From Heterodontus francisci (Eukaryota), in the NCBI RefSeq assembly GCF_036365525.1, contig NC_090391.1, positions 79,434,085-79,498,084 on the forward strand: a stretch of 64,000 nucleotides of DNA, written 5' to 3'. Within the stretch, counting starts at the first letter, position 1. Every line of letters starts with the position of its first letter. A program made the translations under genes and the position numbers. This document shows positions 12,301 through 24,984 of the stretch, piece by piece. The notes under the pieces are model-generated. The model worked only from the letters and a program-made list of their open reading frames with translations. It was not told the origin of the DNA and did no database searches.

Positions 12301-13894
12301 TTTAAGATTGTGTCTGCAAAGACTAAAACCTATTTCACTTTCCCCATATATTTGGCATATGCATTCTGTGCTCATTCACTAGATTTGGAATCATAAAATA
12401 TTAGAGCACAGAAAGAGGCCATTCGGCCTATTGTGCATGTGCTATTTCTTAGAATGAACTGTTCATTTAATCATCCTCCACTGCTCTTTCCCCCAAAATC
12501 TGCAAAATTAAAATTCCGCTGAAGGCCAGTTGGAAATCTTAACCAACAGATAGGAAAGCTAAGAAACGAGGTCAAAAAAGTGTTCAAAAATTACTCTTAA
12601 AATATTTTTAGATGGAGAAAGGCATCACCATTAACAGAGATCTGTCAGTTCTAAAATCATGATATGAGAGACTTGTACTTTTTTAAGTGCAACATTGTAC
12701 CTTGTCCACAAGCAAAATGCAGATTTTCACGCTCACAGCTTCGTACAAAATTGTACAATGAACAATTTGGCATGAACAATGCCAAAATATTACTCCTGAT
12801 AATCCTACCGTCTATGGGAGCGTCACATTCCTCGTTGTCACTGGGTCAAAATCCTGCAACTCTCCACCTAACAGAACTGTGGAAGTAGCTTCTTCACAAG
12901 ATTCAAGAAGAAGGCCCATCACCACCTTCTCAAGGGGTATCTAGGGGCTGGCAATAAATATTGACTAGCCAGTGACACACACATCCCAAGAATGATTAAA
13001 AATAATGTTGTTAGCGTCAAGGATGATACTGCTTGTGCGAATTAACCGCGCTTGTATCAAGTGGCTGAGATGTGGTGATGTGTCTCTTTAAAACGAGTGT
13101 CATCACCCAGATAATAGGGCTACAAGGGACTTTGTTCTATTCAGAATTCGGCTGAGAGCTCTGTGCCATGGCAGAGAGTTACATACAAGACAGCATCAGA
13201 AAATCCTGAAGGACATCAGCAAGCTCAAACAGGGAGGAATTCCAGGACCGACCTTGGTGCAGGGCTTTGCAGTTCTGATCTGCACCACCAATTCACGTCA
13301 GTTGGTGTAGCAACGCCAATGTGGAACTACCACACCATCTTGACAACTCTACCACATCATGCATGCCATTTTACAGTTACTGTTCCTGCATGGACCGATC
13401 TAAATCCCATGCATTCAGAACCGATCCAGTCTGGCACCATGTGAAAAAGCGTTTGCACTCACGGAAATATATCCCGCTGTCACTATGATAAATGTATCAG
13501 TGGTTAACTCCAAGGGAAAGTCCTGTGACTGCGCCATTCTGTAATGCAGCGTGCTGCAGTAAAACAGGGACTTGAGAGCTTGTAACAACATTAAATCTTT
13601 CGCAGATGAACAGGTTGGAAAGATTTTGCAATCCACACTGGAAGAAGAAGTCTTTTAGAATAAAGCCAAGCTGTCAGAATCATGGCCCTTGCAGGATTAG
13701 GTTACAGGAGAAGAATTTAGTCTGTCCCCCTCATTGCATTCACGTTACATATCTGGAAAGTTATCTCTGACAAGATGGAAGCTCACTCATACCTGATAGT
13801 CTGTGACAAGTGTCTATCTGAGTGTACAGATAGTGTTATTATGTTGTTGAACTGTTAATTTCTGTTATAGAATCATCGGCCATTGTCGATTCTG

Positions 13895-15015
13895 GTATCA
13901 GTGCGAACCACACCCGGACATGCCTTGTCAGTAACAGAGAGTGAGCAGTCACATACATATTAATGCTAATTACACCCGGGCAGCTCCTGTTCGGAACAGA
14001 TAGTGCTCACCGCACCCGGGTAGGCCTTGTCAGTAACAGAGAGTGACCAATCACAGTGGGATCCCTGCTTACCGCGCCCAGGATGGCGCTGTCAGTAACA
14101 GAGATTGACCAATCACAAACATATCAGTGATAACTCCGCGCAGACAGGCCTTGTCAGTAACAGAAAGCGACCAATCACAGACGTATCAGTACTAACCCCA
14201 CCCGGGGAGCATCTGCCAGTAACAGCGAGTGACAATCACAGATATATCAGTGCTAACCCCGCCCGTGCAGCACCTGCCAGTAACAGTAAGTGACCGATCA
14301 CAGACATAACAGTACTAACTCCACCCGGGGAGCTCCTGTCAGTAACAGAGAGCGACCAACCACAAACATATCAGTACTAACCCACCCTGGGCAACTCCGG
14401 TTAGTAAAAGGTTGCGACAAATCACAGACATATCATTGCTAACCCCGCCCGGCCAACTCCAGTCAGTAGAAGGGAGAGAGCAATTGCAGATATATCAGAA
14501 GTAATGTTTCATGTCTGTGCTTGTGGTTGTTCAGTTTTCAGTCCATTAACACCCTATCTGTACTAATGCTTTGTCTTTCAGCGCACCACTAACATCTTGT
14601 TTGCCTTTGCTCCATGACCTTCTGGTCAGCTATTATGTGACCTTCTCCTATCAATACCTTCCCTTTTGTTATCTCCTGCCCCACCCCAGCTTTACTTGCT
14701 AAAAATCTTTTACATTTCCTATATCTGCCTGTTCTGAAGAAGGGTCACTGACCTGAAACTTTAACTCTGCTTCTCTCTCCACATATGCGGCCAGACCTGC
14801 TGAATTTTTCCAGCATTTACTGTTTTTGATCCAATGCTAACCCCGACTGGGCAGGCTGTCTCAGTAACAGAGAGTGACCAATCACAGACATATCAGTGGT
14901 AACCCCGCCCGGGCAGCTTAAGGCAGTAACAGAAAGTGACCAATCACAGACATATCAGTGCTAACCACGCCCAGGCAGGCCCTGTCACGAACAGAGAGTG
15001 ACCAATCACAGACAG
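13895..15015 (+). repeat. 62-bp tandem array (~13 units) carrying CCAAT and GC boxes, interrupted by a Penelope-terminus insertion
   Basis: Consensus cagtaacagagagtgaCCAATcacagacatatcagtgctaaCCCCGCCCgggcagctcctgt; unit starts near 13928, 14031, 14093, 14155, 14217, 14278, 14340, 14402, 14464, 14862, 14924, 14986. Confidence 0.9.
14498..14830 (+). mobile_element. Short Penelope-derived terminal fragment
   Basis: Matches the reverse complement of about 47080-47390; contains ctgaagaagggtcactgacctgaaac. Confidence 0.75.
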
Positions 15016-15269
15016 ATGCAGTTCCCTCCTACCCCCTCTGCTGATTGGACAGGGGAGCCGTCAATTGTAGCCAAGCCACAGGCAGATTTATGGTGTGTTG
15101 GACCGGATGAAACCTTTCCACAAGACGGATTCTCGCCTGTGTACTGTATGTAGAATAACACTTGTTTGAACTAAATTCAAGGGAGATCGCACAGAAAAGT
15201 TGAAAAGAGGAATAATGTGCATAACGTTGTGAGATAGTTGGATAGTATTTGTAAAAGAAGTCGTGGCTT

Positions 15270-16140
15270 TGCAGAAAACATTTGTTGAAGTGCCTCATAA
15301 ACGTCTGTTTCGCAAAACTGAGGCTGATGGAAGAGGAGGTTCAGTGTCAGATTGGATAAAACAATGGCTTTAGGACAGAAAACAGCGAGACTTTATAAAT
15401 GACAGTTTCTCATACTGGAGAACAGAAGGCAGTGGTGTTCTCCAAGGTTCAGTGCAGTGACCGCTGCTTTTTGTGATGAAGATCAATGACTTGAATATTG
15501 AAATATAGAGTAGAATTCCAAAATTTGTCGATGATATCAACCTGGAGGAATGACAGTGAGGATATTTCCAATCGACTGAAACAGAACATAGATAGGAAAA
15601 CAGAAGTGGCAAACATGTGGCAGATGGAATTTAATGCAGAGAATGCTGAGGTGGTGCATTTTTTTCAGAAGTGACCAGGAGAGACAACATAGCCTTAATG
15701 ACACAATTCGAAAGAGTGTGGATGAACAGAGGGACCTGGGGATGCATGTGCATCGATCTTGGAAGGTAGCAGGACATATTGAGGGAATGATTTTTCAAAG
15801 CACCTGGGATCTTTGGCTTCGTCAAGAGAGGTTTTGAGTACAAAAGCAGGAATGTTGTACTCAATCTTTGTAAAGATCTGGTTAGGCCCCGCCTACACTA
15901 TTGCATCCCGTTCTGGTCAGCACACGTTGGGAAGGAGCGGATGGTCCTCGAGAGGTAGCAGAGTAGATTTTCCCAAACGGTTCCATGGATTGGGGATATA
16001 AGCTATAAGATTTGGGTGGCAAAGCTGGGGTTGCTTTTTTTTCTTGCAGAAATGGAGATTGAGGGGAGATTTCATACAGGTGTACACGATTATGACAGGC
16101 ATGGATAGGGCAGACAAAGAACATCGGTTTGTTTTCTACG
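15270..16140 (+). mobile_element. Degenerate CR1 LINE RT/C-terminal fragment
   Basis: SGVLQGSV, KFVDD, KWQMEFN and EQRDLG CR1 motifs. Confidence 0.7.
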
Positions 16141-16159
16141 TTTGTGGAACGCATACGAT

Positions 16160-17500
16160 GCTGGCTAGAGCAGAATTCATTGCCCATACCTAATTGCCCT
16201 CGAGAAGGTGATGGTGAGCTGACGTCTTAAACCGCTGCAGTCCTTGGGGTGTAAGTAGACCCACAGTGCTCGTAGGAAGGAAGTTCCCGGATTTTGACCG
16301 AGCAACATTGAAGGAATTGTGATCTAGTTTCATGTCAGAATGGTGTGTGGCTTGTAGTCGAGCATGCAGGTGGTGGAGTTCCCATGCATCTGCTGCCCTT
16401 GGCCTTCGATGTGGTAGAGGTCGCGGGTTTGGAATGTGCTGCCTAAGGAGCCTTGGTGCGTTGCTGTATTGCATCTTGCATTTGGTACACACTACTAAAA
16501 CTGTCCATTGGTGGTGGAAATAATCTATCTTGAGGGTAGTGGATGGGGTATCCTGGACGGTGTTGAGCTTCTTGAGTGTTGTTGAAGCTACAATTCTGCA
16601 GACAAACGGAGTGTATTCCATCCCACTCCTGACTTGTGCCTTGTCGGTGGTTTACAGGCATTGAGGTGTCAGGAGGTGAGTTACTCGCCGCAGGATTGGC
16701 AGCCTCTGACATGTTGTAGTTGCCATAGTATTTATGTGATTGGTCCATTTCAGTTTCTGGTCAATGGTAACCCCCAGAATGCTGATAGTGGGGGATTCAG
16801 CGATCGTAATGCCATTGAAATTAAGGGAAGATGGTTGGATTCTCTTTTATTTGAGATTGTTATTGCCTGGCACTTGAGGGGCACGAATGTTACTTGTCAC
16901 TTATCAGCCCAAGCCTGGATATTGTCCTGATCTTGCTGCATTTCTACACGGATTCATGAAGTATCTGAGGAGTCACGAATGGTGCTGAACATTGTGCAAT
17001 CATCAGCGAATATCCCGACTCCTGAATTTATGATTGAATAAAGGTCATTGATCAAGAAGCTGAAGATGGTTGGGCCTAGGACACTACGCTGAGGAACTCC
17101 TGATGATTGACTCCAACAACCACAACCACCTCCCTTTTCGCTGGCGTAAATCCAACCAGCGGAGAGTTGTCCCCCTGATTCCCGTTGACTCCCATTTTGC
17201 TAGGGCTCCTTGATGCTGTATTCGGTCAAATGTTGCCTTTAGGTCGAGGGCAGTCACTCTCATCTCACTTCTGAAGTTCAGCTCTTTTACCCATGTTTGA
17301 ACAAGACACTAATGAGATCAAGAGCTGAGTGGCCCTGACGGAATTCAAACTGAGCGTCAGTGAGCAGGTTGTTGCTAAACAAGTGCGGCTTGATAGCACA
17401 AGAGATGACACCTTCAATCACTGTACGAATGATGGAGCGGAAATTGTCCTGTTTGCTGTATACAGGACATACCAGGGCAATTTTTCACATTGCTGGTTAG
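16160..17500 (-). mobile_element. CR1-group LINE (second family) fragment
   Basis: Collinear with 47750-49450; ORF 16190..16621 TTLKKLNTVQD...YFHHQWTV. Confidence 0.75.
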
Positions 17501-17614
17501 ATGACAATGCTGTATCTGGACTTCTATCCGCTGATGCCATACGGACTAGAGTACAGAGTTCAGGTCATGGTAAGAAATGCAGTGGTCTGTGAGAAATAAC
17601 TTGTTTTAATATAA

Positions 17615-17712
17615 CACAAAAACAAGAAATGCTGGATTCACTCAGCAGGTCTGGCAGCATCTGTGGAAAGAGAAGCAGAGTTAACGTTTCGGGTCAGTGA
17701 CCCTTCTTCGGA
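17615..17712 (-). mobile_element. Short Penelope terminal fragment with hammerhead-like motif
   Basis: Reverse complement reads ccgaagaagggtcactgacccgaaacgttaactctgcttctctttccacagatgctgcc. Confidence 0.7.
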
Positions 17713-18103
17713 AGGGTTTAATATAATTTGTTTTAATTTTGTTTTAATATAATTTGTGGTAATGGCCAGGGACTCGCTCCCGACAAGGGTGGTACAAGTG
17801 GAGATAATCAATTTGTTCAATAGGATTTTCGATGGGCTCTTGAGGGAAGTAAATGTGTTGATCTATGGGGAGATATCAGGAGAATGTGACCAGCTGGATT
17901 GCTCCGCATAGATCTGGTAAGGACTCGATGGTCCAAAATCCCCCATTCTGTGCCACATCAACTGTATGAATGTATGATATGGGAATGCTATTACTACTGC
18001 TTCTTTATTCTGGAATATATCTGTCTGTCTCAGTGCCGCGAGGGTGATACATCTCTGTGCGTCTGTTTTAGTGTCTGTGTGTCTGTATGTGTGCCTATAT
18101 GCT

Positions 18104-18452
18104 CAGTGGCGCAGTGGTTAGCACCGCAGCCTCACAGCTCCAGGGACCCGGGTTCGATTCCAGGTACTGCCTGTGTGGAGTTTGCAAGTTCTCCCTGTGT
18201 CTGCGTGGGTTTTCTCCGGATGCTCCGATTTCCTCCCACAAGCCAAAAGACTTGCAGGTTGATAGGTAAATTGGCCATTATAAATTGTCACTAGTGTAGG
18301 TAGGTGGTAGGGAAATATAGGGACAAGTGGGGATGTTTGGTAGGAATATGGGATTAGCGTAGGATTAGTATAAATGGGTGGTTGATGTTCGGCACTGGCT
18401 CGGTGGGCCGAAGGGCCTGTTTCAGTGCTGTATCTCTAATCTAATCTAATCT
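18104..18452 (+). mobile_element. tRNA-derived V-SINE (HE1-like), near full length
   Basis: A-box TGGCGCAGTGG, B-box GGTTCGATTCC, V-domain and (TCTAA)n tail. Confidence 0.9.
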
Positions 18453-18714
18453 CATGCTCATGGGTGTATATGTGCCTTTCTTTTTCTGTGCGTGTCTGGC
18501 TCAGTGACGGGATTTGATGTGTGTGCATGTTTGAGACAGAGTATGTCTCAGTGCCTAGGGTGTCATGTGTGTGTGTGTGTCGGTGTCTGTGTGTGTGAGA
18601 GACAGACAGAGAGTGTCTCATTGCCTGGGGTGTGTGCGTGTCTGTGTTTGTCCAATATTGTGTGTATGTGTGCACGTGCATGTGTATGCTTTTAGTTCAA
18701 TGCCTGGGCATTGG

Positions 18715-19340
18715 CAACATAGGAACAAAGGAGCATTCAGCACATGCTCCGACATTCAGTATGATCATGGCTGATTACCCACTGCAACCTTTTGTTCCCA
18801 CGTTATCCTTATATCCTTTGATATCATTAGTATTTCGAAATCTGTCAATCTCTGCTTTAAGCATCTCAATGACGGAGCTTCAACAGAGATAGAGAACTCC
18901 AAATAGTCACAACTCTTTGATTAAAGACATTTCTCCCCGTCTCTGTCCTAATTGGCTTCTCCCTTCTTTTAAAATTATGACCCCGGTTTTTATCTCACAG
19001 AAACCTACAAAATTCTGACAGGATTGCACAGACTAGATGCAGAAAGGATGTTCTCGATGGCGGGGGAGTCCAGAGCCTTGGTCAGAGTCTAAGGATGAGG
19101 GGTAAGTCACTTAGGATGGTGGTGAACCTGTGGAATTTTCTGCCACAGAAAGCAGTTGCAGTGAAATCATTAAATATATTCAAGAAAGAGTTAGATACAG
19201 TTCTTGGGGCTCAAGTGTTACGGGGAGAAAACAGGAACAGGGTACTGGGTTTGAATGACCAGCTATGATCATATTGAGTGACGGTGCAGGCTCGAAGTGC
19301 CGAATGGCCTACTCCTGCTCCTATTTTCTATATTTATATG
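18715..19340. mobile_element. Two CR1 3'-end fragments in opposite orientations
   Basis: Minus-strand tail 18715-18990 and plus-strand ETYKILTG...WNFLPQK and ccgaatggcctactcctgctcctatt tail 18995-19340. Confidence 0.65.
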
Positions 19341-19424
19341 TTTCGATGTTTACAATCCCCAAGCAGGGGAAATAGCCGACCTGCATCTACCCTGTCCATC
19401 TCTTTAAGTATTGTGTAGTTCTTA

Positions 19425-19740
19425 ATGAGATCACTTCCGGGGGTTGTGCCAAAGTTGGGAGCACTGTCCCACAGACTAGTCAAGCAGCAGGCTGACATAG
19501 TCATACTCACAGAATCATACCTTACAGACAATGTCACAGACATTGCCATCACCATCCCCGGATATGTCCTGCCCCACTGGCAGGAAAGATCCAGGAGAGG
19601 TGGGGGCACAGTGGTATACAGTTGGGAGGGAGTTGCCTGGGAGTCCTCGACATTAATTCAAGACCCCATGAATTCTCATGGTATTAGGTTAAACATGGTC
19701 AATAAAACGTGCTGCTGATTACCACCGTCACCACCTCGCT
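19425..19740 (+). mobile_element. LINE APE endonuclease fragment
   Basis: ORF 19425..19718 KQQADIVILTESYL...IPGY...RGGGTVVY. Confidence 0.75.
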
Positions 19741-19744
19741 ACTC

Positions 19745-21320
19745 AATAAAACAACCATTGACCCATTGTCCTGGCAAACTCCCGTCCCATCTCACTTTCC
19801 TGTCCAATGATTTTGAACGTATTGTTTGCTCCCACATTCGTTCCCATCTGACTTGGAACTTCATGTTTGAATCTTTCCAATCAGGTTTCTGCCCTTTCCA
19901 CAGTATAGAATCAATTCTTTGCAAAGTCACAAACAACATGCGATGTGACTGTGACAAGGTAAATTTTCCCTCCTTGTGGTGAGTGGGTGGGAAAGTGGAG
20001 TTGAATCGTAAGAACAGCTATGATTGCATTAAATGGCGGGGCAGGCTCGTTGGGCCATATAGTCTACTCCTACTCCAATTTCTTGTGTTCTTGTGTTCAT
20101 GACCTGCCAACAGTATTTGACATGATTTCCCACACCATCCTCCTTCAACACCTTTCCACTGTCATCCAGCTGGGTAGGTCCGCTCTCAGCTGGTTCCATT
20201 TTATGTAACTAATCATAGCCAGAGAATCAGCATCGATGGATTCTCTTCCTTCTCCCACACCGTTACTTCTGCTGTCTCACAAGGATTTACCTTGTCCCCC
20301 TTCCACTTCTCATCCACATGCTGTCCCTCATTAACATGATCCGAAAGTGCAGTGCTAGTTTTCACATGTCCACTGATAACGCTGACCTCTACCTCACCAC
20401 CACCTCTCTCAAATTTTCCACTGTTGTTAAATTATCCGACTGCTTATCCGACATCCAGTATTGGATGAGCAGAAATTCCTTCCAATTAAAACTTTGAAAG
20501 GTGGAAGCCATTGCTTTTGGTCCTTGCTCCAACTCTGCTCCCTCGCTTGACTCCATTCCTCTCCCTGGGGACAATCTGAGATTTGGTCAATCTGTTCCCA
20601 ACCTTGGGGTCACATTCAACCCTGAGATGAGCTTTCAGCCTCATGTTTACGCCATCACTAAGATTACCCATTTTCACCTCCATAACATGACCTGACTTGA
20701 CCCCTGTCTCAGCTCCTCTCCTGCAGAAACCCTCCTCCATGACTTTGTTACCTCTAGTCCTGACTATTCCAATGATTTCCTGGCTGGTCTCCCATATTCT
20801 ATTCTCTGTTAACTTGAGATCATCCAAATCTCGGCTGCCCATGTATTAAAATGTATCAAGTCTGGCTCGTCTGTCACTCTCGTGCTCGCTGACCTACATT
20901 GGCTCCTGGTCAAGCAATGTCTAGATTTTATAATTCTCATCCTTGTTTTGAAATCCCTGCGTGGCCTTACCTTCTCCCTATCTCTGAAATATCTTTCAGT
21001 CCCACAACTCTTCAAGGTATCTGTGCTTCTCCAATTCTGGTCTTTTGAGCATCCCCATTTTTAGTCATTCCATCATTTGTGGCCGTGCCTTCAGTTGCCT
21101 ATTCCCCAACCTCTGGTATACCCTCCCTACATCTCTTCACCTCCTTTTCGTCCTTTAAGTCACTGCATAAAACTTATCACTTTGACCAAACTTTTTGTCA
21201 TCAGCCCCAACATCTCCTGTTGTGTCTCAGTATCATACTTTGCTTTATAATGCTCCTGTGAAGCACCTCGGGATGTTATATCACGTTAAAGGTACAATAT
21301 AAAGATAAGTTGTTGTTGTG
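19745..21320 (+). mobile_element. L2 LINE RT to 3' end, with a small CR1 tail inserted at about 19975-20095
   Basis: ESFQSGF, DL..(A/V)FD.I.H, HWLLVKQ...FIILIL L2 motifs; tail ataagttgttgttg. Confidence 0.8.
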
Positions 21321-21789
21321 GTGTCACCTGCACATTTCCCTGCTCCAAGCCACACCATCTAAACTTGGGCATATATCACTGTTCCTTCAACGTCACTGGG
21401 TTAAAATTCTTTCTGTAACAGCACTGTCAGAGCACCTTCACCACATGAACTGCAGTGGTTCAAGATGAAGGCCCACCATTTTCCCGTAGTAACCAGGATG
21501 GGAAAGGAATGCCAGACTTTCCCTTGTTGCACATATCCTAAGAACAAACAAACAAGTGATAAAATAAGAATAAAATGAATGAGCTGTAGTTGACTGATTG
21601 AAACCAGGCGAGGCCGATATCGGAGCGGGATCTCAATCTCTGCTAAGATATTATCATCACAACTTGATTCCCCAGTCCACTGTGTTTGCTATTCTTCTGT
21701 TAATTTTATCAGAGAAAAAGTAACAATTAATCTTTGGCTCAAAAACATCTAATTGTCAATTGTGCAGATGGGAACAGTACATCTGTTAT

Positions 21790-23215
21790 CACTGTATCAG
21801 AGAAACATACAACCCACGAAGAGCCCATTCCTCCCATCATATCTGTCGTGGCTCTTTGAACGTTCTTTCCAATTAGTCCCTCTCTCCTGCTCTTTCTCCA
21901 TCGCCCTGCAAATCTCACCCACCCACCTCACTGTCCACCAGCATTTCTCCAACTCCATTTTGAAAGTTATTATTAAATATGTTTCCACCAGCCTTTCAGG
22001 GCATGAATTCCAGATTCCCGTAGCTGGCTTCCTTTCTCCCCTGGTTCTTTTACCAATCACCATAAAACTAGCTCCTTTGATTATCGACACTTGTCTCGTG
22101 GAACCAGAATCTCTTTACTCAATATGTCAAAACCAGACAAAATGTGGAATCCTCCTATTTACCATTTCTTTTTTAAGGGAAACACTCCCAGCCTCTCCAG
22201 TCACTCCATATAACTGAAGTCCCTCATATTGACATACAAACATATAAACATAGGAATTAGGAGCAGGAGTAAGCTATTCAGCACCTCAAGTCTGTTCCAC
22301 CATTCAATAATATCATAGCTGATGTGGCTGCAACGTCAATTCGACATTCTCGCCTCCTTTCACCCCATTGCTTATTGAAAATCTATCTACCTCTGCCGTA
22401 AAAATGTTCAACGACTCTGCTTCCAGCGACTTTTGGAGAATAGAGTTCCAAAGAGTCACGACTCTTTGAGAAAAAAAATCTTCCTATCTCTGTCTTAAAT
22501 GGCCGGCCCATTGTTTTAAACCGTGACAGCAAGTTCTAAATCCTCCCGCAAGAGGCAACATCTTTTCCAGATCCACCCTCTCAAGACCCCTAAGGTGTCA
22601 ATGAATGTTTCAATGAAGTCACCTCTCACTATTCTAATCTCCAATAGATACAGGCCTAGACTGTTCAAGCTTTCCTCAAAAGAGAACCCACCCAGACCAG
22701 GTATTAGTCGAGTAAACCTTCTGTAAACTGCTTCCAACGCATTTACATCCTACCTTAAATAAGGAGGCCAGTACTGTACACGGTACTCCAGATGTGGTCT
22801 CACCAATACCCTGTATAACTGAAGTATAACCGCCCTACTTTTGTATTCAATTTTCCTTGCAATAAGCAGTAACATTCTTTTAGCTTTCCTAATTACTTGC
22901 CATACTGCATACTAACTTCTTCTGATATATGAACTAGGACACCCAGATCCCTCTGAATCCCTGATCTCTGCTTTCTCTCACCATTGAGATGATATACTTA
23001 TCTTTTATTCTTCCTGCAGAAATGGACAATTTCAAATTTTCCCCATTATACTCCATTTGCGAGGTTTTTTCCCCATTCAATAACTCGCCTATATGTCATT
23101 GTAGCCTCCTTATGCCCTCTGCTCAACTTACTTTCCCAACTAACCGTGTGTCATTAGCAAAGTTAGCAACCATGCCTTTTGTCCCCTTATACATGTCATT
23201 TATATAAATGTAACA
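21790..23215 (-). mobile_element. Two stacked CR1 3' fragments
   Basis: ORF 22516..22737 EAVYRRFTRLIPGL, WNS motifs and CR1 3'UTR tails. Confidence 0.75.
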
Positions 23216-23459
23216 ATCTTGTAAAGCTCCTCTGCACTTGCTTCAAGGATTTGATGTGGTTCCTGAAGTGTGATGCCTATTATTGATTAAAATAATCCAG
23301 CTGAGGCCTAACCCGTGAAGTTTTAACTTAGCATCCTTCCTTTTGTACTCTGTCCCTCTATTGATAAAAGCAATTTTCCAATCTGCCTTTTTAACAGCCT
23401 TATCAACTTCCCCTGCGACTGGCAAATAACTGTGATCAAACAGCTGCTCTGTCCGTGTT

Positions 23460-24045
23460 CTCTTTGGCCTCCTTATCTCGAGAGACAATGGGTAAGCGCC
23501 TGGAGGTGGTCAATGATGTGTGGAGCAGCGCCTGGAGTGGCTATAAAGGCCAATTCTAGAGTGACAGGCTCTTCCACAGGTGCTGCAGAAAACATTGTTT
23601 GTCGGGGCTGTTATACAGTTGGCTCACCCCTAGCGCTTTTGTCTTTTTTACTGCCAACTGCTAAGTCTCTTCGACTCGCCACACTTTAGCCCCGCGTTTA
23701 TGACTGCCCGCCAGCTCTGGCGAACGCTGGCAACTGACTCCCACGACTTGTGATCAATGTCACAGGACTTCATGTCACGTTTGCAGACGTCTTTGAAGCG
23801 GAGACATGGACGGCCGGTGGGTCTGATACCAGTGGCTCGCTGTGCAATGTGTCTTTGGGGATCCTGCCATCTTCCATGCGGCTCACATGGACAAGCCATC
23901 TCAAGCGCCGTTGACTCAGTAGTGTGTATAAGCTGGGGTTGTTGACCGCCTCTAGGACTTCTGTGTTGGAGATATGGTCCTGCCAGCTGATGCCAAGTAT
24001 TCTCCGGAGGCAGCGAAGATGGAATGAATTGAGACGTCGCTCTTG
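23460..24045 (-). mobile_element. RTE-clade LINE 3' fragment inserted in a CR1
   Basis: RLNSFHLRCLRRILGISWQDHISNTEVL...RLRWL.HV.RMEDGRIPK...GRPCLRFKDVCKRDMK, the characteristic RTE/BovB-type C-terminus. Confidence 0.85.
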
Positions 24046-24269
24046 GCTGTCCCTATACCCTCTTTAAAATGGTACCTTTTAGTTTCTATTTCCTCTCCTC
24101 ATTCTTCCTCTGAAATGTATCCCTCAAACTTCACCAATTTAAATTTCAGCTGCCACGTGCCTGCTCATGACATCATCTCTCTATGTCTCCCTGAAGTTTG
24201 CTGCTATTCTCCTCACTGTTATATTTCGACTTGTGTGTCATCTGATAACTTTGAAATGAAGCCATTTAT

Positions 24270-24980
24270 AACTTGACATTCAACGGCATGACGATCGATT
24301 AATCCTCCACTATCAACATCCTGGAGGTTGCCGTTGACCAGAAACAGAACTGGAGTCGCCATATAAATATCATCGCTACAAAAGCAGGTCAGAGGCTAGG
24401 AATCCTGTTGTGAATGACTCACCTCCTGACTCCTCATAACCTGTACACTATCTAAAGGTACATTTCAGGAGTGTGGTGGAATCCTCTCCACTTGCCTGGA
24501 TGGGTCCAACTCCAACAACACTCAAGAAGCTCGGCACCATCCAGGACAAAGCAGCCCACTTGATTGGCACCCTATATACAAACTTACACGCTCTCGACCA
24601 TCGACGCACAGTGGCAGCAGCGTTTGCCATCGACAAGACAGATTGCAGCAACTCACCAAAGCTCCTTTGACAGCATCTGTCAAACCGGCGACCTCCGCCA
24701 CATAGAAGGACAAAGGCAGCAGATGCATGGGAAGATCACAACTTGCAAGCTTCCCTCCAAGTCACACAACATCCTGGCTTGCAGTTTATTCGCCGTTCCT
24801 TCACTGTCGCTGGGTCAAAATCCTGGAACTGCTTTCCTAACAGCACTGAGGGTACACCTACCCCACATAGACAGCAGCAGTTCAAGAAGATGGCTCACCA
24901 TCACCTTCTCGACGGCAATTAAGGATGAGCAACAAATGCTGTCAAACCAGCGATGCCCACATCTCATGAACTAATAAAAG
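24270..24980 (+). mobile_element. CR1-group LINE (second family) 3' fragment
   Basis: ORF 24473..24670 SPLAWMGPTPTTLKKLGTIQDKAAHLIG...LDHRRTVAA. Confidence 0.75.
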
Positions 24981-24984
24981 AAAA

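Noticed and set aside
18104-18180. tRNA-like sequence with A and B boxes (also near 9300, 46070, 57570, 61310)
   Set aside because: These are SINE heads continuing into V-domain and LINE-derived tails, not tRNA genes.
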